Shown in pieces: positions 1 through 11,074 of a stretch of 53,184 nt of DNA. The first letter of the stretch is position 1, and each line of letters opens with the position of its first letter. Where the stretch lies: NCBI GenBank assembly GCA_964501735.1, contig CAZCVG010000001.1, forward strand, positions 1 to 53,184, read 5' to 3'. The position numbers and the translations under genes are program-made. Origin of the DNA: an uncultured Gemmatimonadaceae bacterium. Its GTDB lineage: Bacteria > Gemmatimonadota > Gemmatimonadetes > Gemmatimonadales > GWC2-71-9. The notes under the pieces are model-generated. The model worked only from the letters and a program-made list of their open reading frames with translations, did no database searches and was not told where the DNA came from.

Positions 1-47
1 CTCTCGACTTCGTCATCCACCCAGAGGATGCTGCGGGGACGGGGCAT
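1..47 (-). CDS. 5' end of a response-regulator-like gene running off the left edge (partial)
   Basis: ATG at 45-47 (complement) opens MPRPRSILWVDDEVE. This hydrophobic-DDE start is typical of CheY-like receiver domains. Only 15 codons are visible. Confidence 0.3.
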   Translation of the reverse strand, partial: MPRPRSILWVDDEVE

Positions 48-120
48 GGCAGAAGTATAGACGGGCGCGGCCCCGCCCGGCCGCCGGACGGCCTGCCCGC
101 CATCCTGCTACACTTCCCGC

Positions 121-1131
121 ATGACGGCTCCCCGGATCCTGCTGGTCCGCTTCAGCTCGCTCGGTGACGTCCTGCTCACGACGCCGCTGATCCGGGCCTT
201 GCGGACCCGGCATCCGGCCGCCACAATCACCGCACTCACCAAGGAGTGCTGGGCGCCGCTCCTCTCCGCGAACCCGCACCTCAACGAAGTCATCACCGCG
301 GCCCCGGGCGACCGGCTCGTGGCCCTGGCCAGGCAGCTCCGCCGGGCGGACTTCACCCATCACCTGGACCTGCATGGCAGCGTCCGCAGCCGGGTGTTGC
401 GCCTCCTGGTCCCCGGTCCGTGGCACGGGTACGATGCCCGCCGGCGGGAGCGCAAGCTGCTCCTGCACGCCCGGCAGGACACCTATCAGGGACAGGTGCC
501 GGTGGCGGAGCGGTATTTCGAGGCGGCCCGGTCCCTCGAAGCGGCCCCGGATGGCGGGGCGGCCGAGCTGTTCGTGAGTCCCGCCGCCGAGCTGCGCGCC
601 GAGGACTGGCTCAGGCAGGCGGGCCTGGTGCCCGGCGCCCCGCTGGTGGGCCTGGTCCCGGGGGCGGCGCACGCCACCAAGCGCTGGCCGCTGGTGCACT
701 GGAAGAAGCTGGCCCGCGGCCTGACCGACCGCGGCCTGCACGTGGTGGTGATCGGCGGCGCAGCCGACGTGGCGGCGGGCACCGAGATCGCGGCCGCCCT
801 GGGGCGCCACGGCGCCAGCGCCGCCGGGCGGCTCGACCTGCAGGCCAGCGGCGCGCTCATCCGCCGCGCCCGCGTGGTGGTCACCGGCGACAGCGGGCCG
901 ATGCACCTCGCCACCGCGGTGCACACCCCGGTGGTGGCGCTGTTCGGTCCGACGGTGGAGCAGTTCGGCTTCTTCCCCTACCGGGCCCGCGCCACCGTGC
1001 TGGAGCGGCAACTGGCCTGCCGGCCCTGCAGCAGCAAGGGCGGACCGCGCTGCCCGCTGGGACATCATCGCTGCCTCACCGAGATCCTTCCCGAGGAGGT
1101 CATGGCGCGCACGCTGGAGTGGGTCACGTGA
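121..1131 (+). CDS. glycosyltransferase family 9 (ADP-heptose:LPS heptosyltransferase-like)
   Basis: 336-aa ORF. N-terminal ILLVRFSSLGDVLLTTPLIRALR and C-terminal GDSGPMHLATAVHTPVVALFGP are the two hallmark GT9 blocks. Codons are GC3-rich. Confidence 0.85.
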   Translation: MTAPRILLVRFSSLGDVLLTTPLIRALRTRHPAATITALTKECWAPLLSANPHLNEVITAAPGDRLVALARQLRRADFTHHLDLHGSVRSRVLRLLVPGPWHGYDARRRERKLLLHARQDTYQGQVPVAERYFEAARSLEAAPDGGAAELFVSPAAELRAEDWLRQAGLVPGAPLVGLVPGAAHATKRWPLVHWKKLARGLTDRGLHVVVIGGAADVAAGTEIAAALGRHGASAAGRLDLQASGALIRRARVVVTGDSGPMHLATAVHTPVVALFGPTVEQFGFFPYRARATVLERQLACRPCSSKGGPRCPLGHHRCLTEILPEEVMARTLEWVT

Positions 1132-1517
1132 CCGGGTGGGACCCCGCGGCCGTCGGGCTCCTGACCCTGCTCCCCAAGGCCGGCCGGGGTCCCCGGCGCG
1201 AGGGGATCTTCGCGCTCTGGCTCACCCTGCGGGTGGCCCAGGACTGTCTCCTCGACCCGCCGCTCGGCGAACGGGCCTCCCGCCGCCGGCTATTGGCGCT
1301 CGAGGCCCGGCTCTCCAGCCTCACGGTGCCGCCGCCCCTTCGCCGCGCCCTGGCCGCCGCCCTGCTGCAGCTGCGGGAGGCCCGGCCCGAGGCCGTGCCG
1401 CTGGCGCTGGCGGCGCTGGTCGCCCCGGCCCGCGACGCCGTCGGCGCCGAGGCCGGCGACGCCATGCAGCTCGCCTGGCGGAGCGCCCGGCAACGGGTCG
1501 CCGCCCCGGCCCGGTGA
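1128..1517 (+). CDS. hypothetical Ala/Leu/Arg-rich helical protein (129 aa)
   Basis: GTG at 1128 overlaps the GT9 stop (GTGA). The frame is the tail of track ORF 246..1517. Codons are GC3-rich and no motif is recognisable. Confidence 0.45.
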   Translation: MTGWDPAAVGLLTLLPKAGRGPRREGIFALWLTLRVAQDCLLDPPLGERASRRRLLALEARLSSLTVPPPLRRALAAALLQLREARPEAVPLALAALVAPARDAVGAEAGDAMQLAWRSARQRVAAPAR

Positions 1518-1542
1518 CGCCCGCCGCCTTATCTTTCTCTCC

Positions 1543-2421
1543 ATGCGCCCCGCCGACCGCCCCATCTCCCCCGCGGAGGCCCTTGTCGCCCGGATTGACG
1601 CCCGGGACCCGGGCCGCCCGGTACCGCCGCCCAGCCCCACCGGGGAAACCATTGTCACCGGCTTCCCCTCGATAGACCGGCAGCTCGGCGGCGGCTTCCG
1701 GCGTCAGGACCTGGTGGTGCTGGCGGGAGATGTCGGCGCCGGGAAGTCCGCCCTGGCCCTCGGCATCGCGCTCCGGAGCGCCCGGGCCGGCACCCCGGTG
1801 CTCTACCTCTCGGGCGAGATGTCCGAGGAGCGGCTGTTCGAGCGGGCCCTGGCCCTCGAGGCCCGCCTGCCGGTAGACGCGCTCCGCCGGGGCGACCTCG
1901 ACGAGCTGACCCGCGCCTCGGTGGGCGCCGCCGCCATCCGGCTCCGGGACCTCCCGCTCATCGTCCGCCCCCTCCCCCACGATCCGCGGCAGCTGGACGA
2001 ATCGCTCCGCACCGTGCCCCGGCGCGCCCTCTGCGTCATTGATGAACTGCAGCTGGTCCAGCCGCTGGTCGTGGGCGAGACCCCGGAGCAGTCGCTGGCC
2101 TCCACCGCCCGGAGGCTCAAGCAGATGGCCCTGGACGAGGAACTGGCCATCCTGGCCGTGGCCCAGCTCCCCCGGCTCCGGCCAGGACGCCTCGACCCCC
2201 GCCCCACCCTGGACGACCTCGGCGGCGGCGGCGTGGTCAAGCAGGTGGCCGATGTCGTCCTGGCGCTCTACCGGGAGGAGATGTACCGGCCCGGGGTCGG
2301 GGTGGAGGGCGCGGTGGAACTGATCGTCGGGAAGAACCGCAACGGACCGACCGGGTACCTGGACCTCTATTTCTACCGCCAGTGGCTCCGGTTCGAGGAC
2401 ATGCTGGACCCCGACCGCTGA
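1543..2421 (+). CDS. stand-alone DnaB-helicase C-terminal (RecA-fold) domain protein
   Basis: Walker A GDVGAGKS, Walker B CVIDELQLV, AQLPRL, TLDDLGGGGVVKQVADVV and GKNRNGPTG line up with the DnaB ATPase-core motifs. Only about 40 residues precede the core, so the DnaB N-terminal domain is absent. Confidence 0.75.
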   Translation: MRPADRPISPAEALVARIDARDPGRPVPPPSPTGETIVTGFPSIDRQLGGGFRRQDLVVLAGDVGAGKSALALGIALRSARAGTPVLYLSGEMSEERLFERALALEARLPVDALRRGDLDELTRASVGAAAIRLRDLPLIVRPLPHDPRQLDESLRTVPRRALCVIDELQLVQPLVVGETPEQSLASTARRLKQMALDEELAILAVAQLPRLRPGRLDPRPTLDDLGGGGVVKQVADVVLALYREEMYRPGVGVEGAVELIVGKNRNGPTGYLDLYFYRQWLRFEDMLDPDR

Positions 2422-2506
2422 ACCGCGGCGGGCACCGGAGCACCCGCCGGCCGCCCCAGTCTCCCGCCCAGCCAGCCGCCGGACTCCTCCCGTCAGCCGG
2501 GTGAGT

Positions 2507-2551
2507 CACCCACAAAGCAAGCGGGGAGCCTCCGTCCGGATGGCTCCCCGC
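2507..2551 (-). terminator. intrinsic terminator of the lipoprotein gene
   Basis: GCGGGGAGCC(TCCG..CGGA)GGCTCCCCGC stem at 2521-2551. On the minus strand it is followed by GCTTGCTTTGTGG and lies 26 nt after the stop at 2577. Confidence 0.55.
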
Positions 2552-2576
2552 GATGATTTCCGCTATCGTGGGCGCG

Positions 2577-2945
2577 TCAGTTGATCTTGGCGCCGGCCAC
2601 GTCCACCAGGGTACCGGAGCCCTCGCCCGGCCTCACGTTGACCCACAGCGGCGGGCCATTCTGTTCCGCGTAGAAGGCGAAGCTCCCGTCCGGCATCTTC
2701 GACTCATTGACCAGCCGCCATGGGGCCCGGGACAGCGCCTCGCGATAATAGGTGGCCACCTCCTCCACCCCGACCGGCGTCCGGAAGCGGAGCTGCACCG
2801 CATTCTCCCCGTCGTCCCGGCCGAGTCCCTCGGCGCCGGGAGGGATCGGGACGTTGGCGAGGCGATCGCCCAGGTCGGGCTTGGGTCTGGGTTCGCTGCA
2901 GGCGGTCAGGCCGGCCAGGGCCGCAAGGAAAAGGAAGCGTCGCAT
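2577..2945 (-). CDS. small lipoprotein, function unknown (122 aa)
   Basis: Internal ATG (2943-2945 complement) of track ORF 2577..3296 gives MRRFLFLAALAGLTAC. This is a signal peptide plus an L-T-A-C lipobox. The upstream extension is Pro/Arg-rich junk. Confidence 0.7.
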   Translation of the reverse strand: MRRFLFLAALAGLTACSEPRPKPDLGDRLANVPIPPGAEGLGRDDGENAVQLRFRTPVGVEEVATYYREALSRAPWRLVNESKMPDGSFAFYAEQNGPPLWVNVRPGEGSGTLVDVAGAKIN

Positions 2946-3057
2946 AGGCGGGGGAGAGTAGCGAGGGTGACGGGCTGGTGGCAAGCGGCCCTCGGCGGAT
3001 GCATGGCCAACGCCCTGACCCCGCCTTATCTTCCGCCCGAACCTGCAGGAGTTGCCC

Positions 3058-3801
3058 ATGGCCGGCCATAGCAAATGGAAACAGATCAAGCGCAAGAAGG
3101 CGATCACCGACGCCCGTCGGGGCGCTTCGTGGACCAAGGTCATCCGGGAAATCACCGTGGCCGCCAAGGCGGGCGGCGGCGATCCCGGCGGCAATCCGCG
3201 GCTCCGCACGGCCATTGACGCGGCCAAGGCCGTCAACATGCCGGCCGACAACATCGAGCGGGCCATCAAGAAGGGCACCGGCGAGCTGGAGGGCACGGTC
3301 TACGAGGAAGTGACCTACGAAGGCTACGGGCCGGGCGGGGCGGCGATCATCATCGAGGCCACCACCGACAACTCCACCCGGACGGTGGCGGAGATCCGCC
3401 ACGCCTTCAGCCGCAACGGCGGCAACCTCGGCGCCACCAATTCGGTGGCCTGGATGTTCGACCGTAAGGGGCAGCTGTTCCTCGACGCCACCCGGTATCC
3501 GGAGGACGCGACCCTCGAGGCCGCGCTCGAGGCCGGGGCCGAGGACTTCGCCCGGGAGGGCGAGCAGTACGTGGTGGCCACCACGGTCGGGGGCTTCCAC
3601 GCCGTGCAGGACGCCCTGCGGGCCCGGCAGCTGGAGATCGAGTCGGCCGAGATCGCCATGGTGCCGAAGACCACCGTGAAGGTCGAGGGCAAGCAGGCCG
3701 AGCAGATGCTCAAGCTCATGGAGGCGCTCGAGGATCTCGAGGACGTCTCCAAGGTCTTCTCCAATTTCGACATTGACGCCAACGAACTGGCGGAGGCCTG
3801 A
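3058..3801 (+). CDS. yebC: YebC/PmpR-family transcriptional regulator
   Basis: MAGHSKWKQIKRKKA N-terminus, and the classical position upstream of ruvC. Confidence 0.92.
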   Translation: MAGHSKWKQIKRKKAITDARRGASWTKVIREITVAAKAGGGDPGGNPRLRTAIDAAKAVNMPADNIERAIKKGTGELEGTVYEEVTYEGYGPGGAAIIIEATTDNSTRTVAEIRHAFSRNGGNLGATNSVAWMFDRKGQLFLDATRYPEDATLEAALEAGAEDFAREGEQYVVATTVGGFHAVQDALRARQLEIESAEIAMVPKTTVKVEGKQAEQMLKLMEALEDLEDVSKVFSNFDIDANELAEA

Positions 3802-3818
3802 CTGACCGGGCCGGGACT

Positions 3819-4313
3819 GTGAAGGTGCTGGGGATTGACCCGGGCACCGCGGTGACCGGCTATGGGGTGGTGGACGCGGGGGAGCGAGGCGCCTTGCGGC
3901 TGCTCGAGTGCGGCGTCATCCGGCCCGCGCCGCGCACCCCGCTCGCGACCCGGCTCCGGCAGCTGCACGACGACGTGACCGCCCTGCTCCAGCGTCATCA
4001 CCCCGATGTCCTCGCCGTCGAGGAAGCCTTTCACGCCCGGAGCGCCCGGACCACGCTGGTGCTCGGGCATGCCCGCGGGGTCATCCTGCTGGCCGGCGAG
4101 ATCGCCGGCGTCACCCTGGCGGAGTATTCCCCGGCCATGATTAAGAAGACCGTGACCGGGCGCGGGGCGGCGATGAAGCCGCAGGTCGGGTACATGGTTG
4201 CCCAGCTGCTGCGGCTCCGGGAGGCCCCGGCCCCGGCCGATGCCGCCGACGGCGTGGCGGTGGCGCTCACCCATCTCCTCCGCGGCGCGGCCGCCCGGCG
4301 GCTCGCCCGATGA
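3819..4313 (+). CDS. ruvC: crossover junction endodeoxyribonuclease RuvC
   Basis: VLGIDPGTAVTGYGVV start motif. Length is 164 aa. Overlaps ruvA by ATGA. Confidence 0.92.
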   Translation: MKVLGIDPGTAVTGYGVVDAGERGALRLLECGVIRPAPRTPLATRLRQLHDDVTALLQRHHPDVLAVEEAFHARSARTTLVLGHARGVILLAGEIAGVTLAEYSPAMIKKTVTGRGAAMKPQVGYMVAQLLRLREAPAPADAADGVAVALTHLLRGAAARRLAR

Positions 4314-4900
4314 TCGCCCTGGTGAGCGGCGTGCTCCGGGAGCGCGACGGCGACACCGTGCTCATCGAGACGGCCAGCGGCCTGGGCTACGCCGTCACCG
4401 TGCCGCTCGGCGTGCTGGAGCGGCTGCCTCCCAACGGGGAAGCGGTGCGGCTCCACACCGAGCTGGTGGTGCGGGAGGACGGCTGGGCCCTGTACGGCTT
4501 CGACCGGACCGGCGAGCGGGCCGTGTTCCAGCGGCTGCTGTCCGCCTCGGGCTTCGGCCCCCGGCTGGCACTGGCGGTGCTCTCCACCCTGGGGCCGGAG
4601 CGGGCGGTCCGGAGCATCCAGCAGCGGGACCTCGCCACGCTGTCGTCGGTGCCGGGGATCGGCCGCAAGAAGGCCGAGAAACTGGCCGTGGAGCTGGCCG
4701 ACCGCTTCTCCGCCCTGCCCGGGGAGCTGCCGGCGGGGCCGGCCAGTCCCTCCGACGACGCCACCCAGGCCCTCATCCGCCTCGGGTATTCGCCGGCCCT
4801 GGCCGAGGAAGCGGTCCGCGAGGCCCTCGCGGCCGGCACCAGCGGCACCGCCCAGGTGATCCGGGCGGCGCTGGTCTCGCTGGCCGGCAAGCGAGGGTGA
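4310..4900 (+). CDS. ruvA: Holliday junction branch migration complex subunit RuvA
   Basis: MIALVSGVL start and the helix-hairpin-helix block VPGIGRKKAEKL. Length is 196 aa. Confidence 0.92.
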   Translation: MIALVSGVLRERDGDTVLIETASGLGYAVTVPLGVLERLPPNGEAVRLHTELVVREDGWALYGFDRTGERAVFQRLLSASGFGPRLALAVLSTLGPERAVRSIQQRDLATLSSVPGIGRKKAEKLAVELADRFSALPGELPAGPASPSDDATQALIRLGYSPALAEEAVREALAAGTSGTAQVIRAALVSLAGKRG

Positions 4901-4949
4901 GCCGCCCGCCCGCCGTGTCCACCGCATCACTATCACGGGAGTCCGCCGC

Positions 4950-5126
4950 ATGACCGTTGCCGCCACCACCGCCGAATGGATCTGCACCCGCTGCGGCAGC
5001 ACCAACCGCCGCCTGGTCGCCGCCACCACCGGCCAGACCACCGACCGCTGCGTCCACTGCCACGCCCGGCACACCATCGAGCCGGATGACCGGCCGGTGC
5101 GCTGGAACGCCACCCTGCGGGCCTGA
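4950..5126 (+). CDS. 58-aa zinc-ribbon protein (CxxC...CxxC), not in the ORF track
   Basis: GGGAG lies 8 nt upstream of the ATG. Translation is [58 protein letters not shown]. Nearly all codons end in G/C. It fills the ruvA-ruvB gap exactly. Confidence 0.6.
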   Translation: MTVAATTAEWICTRCGSTNRRLVAATTGQTTDRCVHCHARHTIEPDDRPVRWNATLRA

Positions 5127-5134
5127 CCAGCGCG

Positions 5135-6157
5135 ATGTCCCGCCTGCAGATCACCACGCCCGAGCCGCTGCCCGAGGAGAGCGGCGCCGACGCGGCGCTC
5201 CGTCCCGGGCAGCTGGAGGAGTTCGTCGGGCAGGCCCAGGTCAGGACCTCGCTCCGGATCGCCATTGACGCGGCCCGGCACCGGGGGGACCCGCTGGACC
5301 ACCTGCTCCTCTTCGGCCCGCCCGGCCTGGGGAAGACCACCCTGGCGATGCTGCTGGCCCGGGAGATGGGCGTCCAGCTCCGCACCACCTCCGGGCCGGT
5401 GCTGGAGAAGCCGGGCGACCTGGTCGGCATGCTCACCACGCTGCAGGCGGGGGACATTCTCTTCATTGACGAAATCCACCGGCTCCGTCCGGTGCTGGAG
5501 GAGTTCCTCTATCCCGCCATGGAGGACTTCCGGGTGGACGTGCGGATCGCGGACGGTCCCAACGGCCAGACCATTCCCATGGCCATCGAGCGGTTCACCC
5601 TGATCGGAGCCACCACCCGCTTCGGGCTGCTCACGCCGCCGATGCGGGCCCGCTTCGGCATGGTGGAACGGCTGCACTTCTACCCGCCCGAGGATCTCCA
5701 GGTGATCATCCGCCGCTCGGCCAAGATCCTGGGCGTGGCCGCCGACGACGAGGGCACCGGCGAAATCGCCCGGCGCAGCCGGGGCACGCCGCGGGTGGCC
5801 AACCGGCTGCTCCGCCGGGTGCGCGACTATGCCCAGGTCAAGGCGTCGGGCACCATCACCGGGCCGGTGGCCCGCGAGGCGCTGGGGCGGCTCAACGTGG
5901 ACGAGTTCGGCCTGGACGACATGGACGCCCGGCTGCTCACCACCCTGATCGAGAAGTTCGGCGGCGGGCCGGTGGGGCTGAACACCCTGGCCATCGCGGT
6001 GGGCGAGGACAGCTCCACATTGGAAGAAGTGTACGAGCCGTACCTGATCCAGCAGGGGTTCCTGGAGCGGACCCCGCGCGGGCGGGTCGCGACCCCGCTT
6101 GCCTACCGGCGCTTCGGCTTCACTCCGCCTGCCGGCGCCCAGGAGTCCATGCTCTGA
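5135..6157 (+). CDS. ruvB: Holliday junction DNA helicase RuvB
   Basis: [14 protein letters not shown] Walker A and [10 protein letters not shown] Walker B. Length is 340 aa. Confidence 0.95.
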   Translation: MSRLQITTPEPLPEESGADAALRPGQLEEFVGQAQVRTSLRIAIDAARHRGDPLDHLLLFGPPGLGKTTLAMLLAREMGVQLRTTSGPVLEKPGDLVGMLTTLQAGDILFIDEIHRLRPVLEEFLYPAMEDFRVDVRIADGPNGQTIPMAIERFTLIGATTRFGLLTPPMRARFGMVERLHFYPPEDLQVIIRRSAKILGVAADDEGTGEIARRSRGTPRVANRLLRRVRDYAQVKASGTITGPVAREALGRLNVDEFGLDDMDARLLTTLIEKFGGGPVGLNTLAIAVGEDSSTLEEVYEPYLIQQGFLERTPRGRVATPLAYRRFGFTPPAGAQESML

Positions 6158-6171
6158 TCCGCAGCACCCCC

Positions 6172-7197
6172 ATGCCGCTTGCCACCTCGGATTTCGACTA
6201 CCAGCTGCCGCCGGAGCTGATCGCCCAGGAACCGCCCGCGGCGCGGGGCGAGAGCCGCCTCCTGGTCCTGCCCCGGGGCGGCCCGCCCGCCGACCGGCGC
6301 TTCGCCGACCTGGTGGACCTCGTCCCGCCCGGCGACCTGCTGGTCCTCAACACCACCCGGGTGCGCCACGCCCGCTTCCTCGGCACCCGCCCCAGCGGGG
6401 CGCCCGCCGAGGTGCTGCTGCTTCACCCGGCGCCCGGGGGCGGGTGGGTGGCGATGGGCCAGCCGGGCAGCGCGCTCCGGCCCGGCAAGCGGGTGGCCCT
6501 GGGCGGCGGCGCCTTCATCGAGACGGTGGCGCTGCTGGACGGGGGATACCGGGAGGTGCGCTTCGTGGGAATGCCTGACACGGAGGCCATCGCCCGCTTC
6601 GGCCGGCTGCCCCTGCCGCCCTACATTGACCGCGCCCCCACCGCCGCCGACGAGCAGCGTTACCAGACGGTGTACGCCGAGCGGGAAGGCAGCGTGGCGG
6701 CGCCCACCGCGGGGCTCCACTTCACCCCCGCGCTGCTGGCGGCGCTCGAGGCCCGGGGCGTGCGGATCGCCCGCCTGGACCTCGAGGTGGGCCCCGGCAC
6801 CTTCAAGCCGGTGGAGGTGGAGGACCCCACCAGCCACCCGATGCATCCCGAATGGTACGAGATCCCCGAGGCCGCCGCGGCGGAGATCGCCGAGACCCGG
6901 CGCCGGGGCGGCCGGATCTGGGCGGTGGGCACCACCGTGGTGCGGGCGCTGGAGAGCTCCGCCGGCCCGGGCGGAACGGTCGTGGCCGGGCGGCGCGAGA
7001 CCCGGCTGCTCATCACCCCCGGCCATGCCTTCCAGGTGGTGGACCGGCTGGTCACCAACTTCCACCTGCCCCGCTCCACCCTGCTCATGCTGGTGGCCGC
7101 CTTCGGCGGCTACGCCGAGGTCATGCAGGCCTACCGGCACGCGGTGCGGGCCGGCTACCGGTTCTATTCGTACGGCGACGCCATGGTGGTGGTGTGA
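6172..7197 (+). CDS. queA: tRNA preQ1(34) S-adenosylmethionine ribosyltransferase-isomerase
   Basis: FDYQLPPELIAQEP N-terminus and the FYSYGDAM C-terminus. Confidence 0.92.
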   Translation: MPLATSDFDYQLPPELIAQEPPAARGESRLLVLPRGGPPADRRFADLVDLVPPGDLLVLNTTRVRHARFLGTRPSGAPAEVLLLHPAPGGGWVAMGQPGSALRPGKRVALGGGAFIETVALLDGGYREVRFVGMPDTEAIARFGRLPLPPYIDRAPTAADEQRYQTVYAEREGSVAAPTAGLHFTPALLAALEARGVRIARLDLEVGPGTFKPVEVEDPTSHPMHPEWYEIPEAAAAEIAETRRRGGRIWAVGTTVVRALESSAGPGGTVVAGRRETRLLITPGHAFQVVDRLVTNFHLPRSTLLMLVAAFGGYAEVMQAYRHAVRAGYRFYSYGDAMVVV

Positions 7198-7232
7198 CCG
7201 GACCGGTTGCGTTATCCGTTCCCCTCGCCTGA

Positions 7233-8709
<1,477 letters not shown>

Positions 8710-8713
<4 letters not shown>

Positions 8714-9246
8714 CGATCCGGGACCTCCACCTGCTGGGCTCACCGGTGCTGCGCGAGGAGAGCGCCCTGGTGGCCGCGGTGGACGACGAGGTCCGCCGCT
8801 TCGTGGACGACCTCTTCGAGACCATGTATGCCGCCCGCGGCATCGGCCTGGCCGCCAACCAGGTGGGGGTGGCGCGCCGGATCGCGGTCATTGACGCCGA
8901 CGGCGAGAAGCTGGTGCTGATCAACCCCAGGATCCTCGAGGTCAGCGGCTCGGAGACCGGCGAGGAGGGCTGCCTCTCCATTCCCGACTACTTCGGCGAC
9001 GTCACCCGTCCCGACCGGATCGTGCTGGAGGCGCTGGACGCGGACGGGCAGCCGTACCGCCGGGAACTCGCCGGCCTGCCCGCCCGGGCCGCGCAGCACG
9101 AGATTGACCACCTCGACGGGATCCTGTTCCTGGATCACCTCAGCCTGCTCAAGCGGCAGCGCATGCTGTCCCGCTGGCGCAAGGAGCACGCCGGCGACAC
9201 CAGCTACGTCCGCCCCGTCAGCCCCACGTCGGCCGAGCGCCCCTGA
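8710..9246 (+). CDS. def: peptide deformylase
   Basis: GIGLAANQVG, EGCLSIP and HEIDHLDG, the three Def motifs. Confidence 0.95.
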
Positions 9247-10166
9247 TGCGCGTGGTGTTCTTCGGCACCCCCGAGTTCGCCGTGCCCTCCCTCCGGGCGC
9301 TGCTGGAGGAAGGCTTCGAGGTCGCCGCGGTGGTCACCCAGCCGGACCGGCCGCACGGGCGCTCCCGCAGCCAGCTGGTCCCGCCGCCGGTGAAGCTGGT
9401 CGCCCAGGAGGAGGGCCTGCCCGTCCTCCAGCCGGAACGGCCGGTGGGCCCGTTCGCCGAGGCGCTCGCTGCGCTCGAGGCCGACCTCGGCGTGGTGGTG
9501 GCGTACGGCCACATCCTCAAGCCGGAGATCCTGGCCATTCCCCGGCGCGGCATGCTCAACGTGCACGCCTCGATGCTGCCGGCCCTGCGCGGCGCCGCCC
9601 CGATCCAGTGGGCCATCCTGCAGGGCCTCGAGACCACCGGGGTGAGCATCATGCAGATGGAAGCGGGCCTCGACAGCGGCCCGGTACTGCACCGGATCGA
9701 AACCGAGATCGCCGCCGACGAGACCGGCGCCGAACTGGCCGAGCGGCTGGCCGAGCTGGGCGCCGCGGCCCTGGTCGAGGCCCTGACCATGCTGGCCGCC
9801 GGCGAGGTGCTGGCCCGCCCGCAGGACCACGCCCGGGCCACCTACGCGCCCAAGATCACCCGCGAGCTGACCCGGCTCGACTGGGCCAAGGACGGAGCCC
9901 GCCTGGCCCGCGTGGTGCGTGCCTTCGACCCCGAGCCCGGCGCGTGGGCCACGCTCGAGGGACAGGAGGTCAAGCTGTTCGGCGGCCGTGCGGCCAACGC
10001 GGGTGGGGAACCGGGGACCGTCCTCGCCGCCGGCGACGTGCTCCGCATCGCGGCCGGCATCGGCGCGCTGGATGTGGCCGAGGTCCAGCCGGCGGGGAAG
10101 AAGCGGATGGCTGCCGGCGAGTGGGCCCGGGGCCGGGGCGTGGCCGTGGGACAGCGGTTCGCATGA
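9246..10166 (+). CDS. fmt: methionyl-tRNA formyltransferase
   Basis: MRVVFFGTPEFAVPSL and HASMLPALRGAAPIQWAIL. Confidence 0.95.
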   Translation: MRVVFFGTPEFAVPSLRALLEEGFEVAAVVTQPDRPHGRSRSQLVPPPVKLVAQEEGLPVLQPERPVGPFAEALAALEADLGVVVAYGHILKPEILAIPRRGMLNVHASMLPALRGAAPIQWAILQGLETTGVSIMQMEAGLDSGPVLHRIETEIAADETGAELAERLAELGAAALVEALTMLAAGEVLARPQDHARATYAPKITRELTRLDWAKDGARLARVVRAFDPEPGAWATLEGQEVKLFGGRAANAGGEPGTVLAAGDVLRIAAGIGALDVAEVQPAGKKRMAAGEWARGRGVAVGQRFA

Positions 10167-10798
10167 GGCCGCTGCCCCGCCTGCACGCCGTGACCGATGC
10201 CGCGGTGCTGGCCCACGAGGACCTTCCCGTGCGGGCCGCGGCCCTCGCCGCGCTGGGGAGCGCGGTGGCCATCCACGTGCGCGACCGCTCCGCCCTGGCG
10301 GGGGTCCTGGTCGAGCGCACCACGCGGATCCAGCGCCTTGCCGCGCCGCCGGGTGCCGCGGTGTTCGCGAGCGCCCGCGGCGACATCGCCGCCGCCCTCG
10401 CCACCCAGGGCCTCCACCTCGGCCAGGCCGACCTGGCGCCGGGGGAAGTCCGGCGCGCCCTCGGTGAGCGCTGGCACGGCTGGCTCGGCGTCTCGGTCCA
10501 TACTATCGAGGAAGCCCGGGCGGCCCGGGACGGCGGCGCCGACTACCTCATGGCCGGGAACATCTACCCCACCGCCACCCATCCCGGCCGGCCGGCCCGC
10601 GGCCTCGGCTTCGTCGAGGAGGTGGCGGAGCTGGGCCTGCCGGTCATCGCCATCGGCGGACTCACCGCCGGCCGGGCCGGCGCGGCGAAGCAGGCGGGCG
10701 CCTGGGGCGTCGCCGCCATTTCCGCGCTCTGGTACGCCGACGATGCCTATGCCGCGGCGGTGGCCCTCGTCGCGCCCTGGACCGACGACGCCGCATGA
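10163..10798 (+). CDS. thiE: thiamine-phosphate synthase
   Basis: ATG at 10163 overlaps the fmt stop (ATGA). The frame is the tail of track ORF 9104..10798. Motifs are LHAVTD, GADYLMAGNIYPTATHPG and IAIGGL. Confidence 0.85.
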   Translation: MRPLPRLHAVTDAAVLAHEDLPVRAAALAALGSAVAIHVRDRSALAGVLVERTTRIQRLAAPPGAAVFASARGDIAAALATQGLHLGQADLAPGEVRRALGERWHGWLGVSVHTIEEARAARDGGADYLMAGNIYPTATHPGRPARGLGFVEEVAELGLPVIAIGGLTAGRAGAAKQAGAWGVAAISALWYADDAYAAAVALVAPWTDDAA

Positions 10799-11004
10799 CC
10801 CACCTGCGCCTGATCCTCAACGGCGATCCCCGGGTGGTGCCCGGCCCAGCCACCGTGGCCGACCTGCTCACCCACCTCGGGCTGGACCCGCGGATGATCG
10901 TGGTGGAGCTGAACCGCGAGATCATCCGCCGCCCCCGGCTCGGCGAGGTAACCCTCAAGGAGGGGGACCAGGTGGAGCTGGTCCACTTCGTGGGCGGCGG
11001 CTGA
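10795..11004 (+). CDS. thiS: sulfur carrier protein ThiS
   Basis: 69 aa, ending ELVHFVGGG (C-terminal Gly-Gly). Lies between thiE and thiG. Confidence 0.9.
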   Translation: MTHLRLILNGDPRVVPGPATVADLLTHLGLDPRMIVVELNREIIRRPRLGEVTLKEGDQVELVHFVGGG

Positions 11005-11074
11005 ACGGCCCTCGGCCGCAACGCCCCACCGGATCCTGTCGCCCCGCCCCACGCCTCCCGCTTAACTTCCCCGC

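Noticed and set aside
9104-10162. Long same-strand N-terminal extensions of track ORFs: 9104..10798 before thiE, 22493..23755 beyond CYTH, 45359..47434 before glcE, 12375..13991 before the PASTA gene, and 24751..26334 / 26090..28519 / 28330..29448 beyond their internal ATGs
   Set aside because: The extensions overlap the preceding, motif-supported gene out of frame and are Arg/Pro/Gly-rich. The internal starts reproduce canonical family N-termini and give ATGA/GTGA coupling.
11005-11074. TPP riboswitch ahead of thiG (or ahead of thiE)
   Set aside because: The spacer is only 70 nt, and I did not see the THI-box motifs I associate with the element. thiE has no upstream spacer at all. A covariance-model scan is still needed to be certain.
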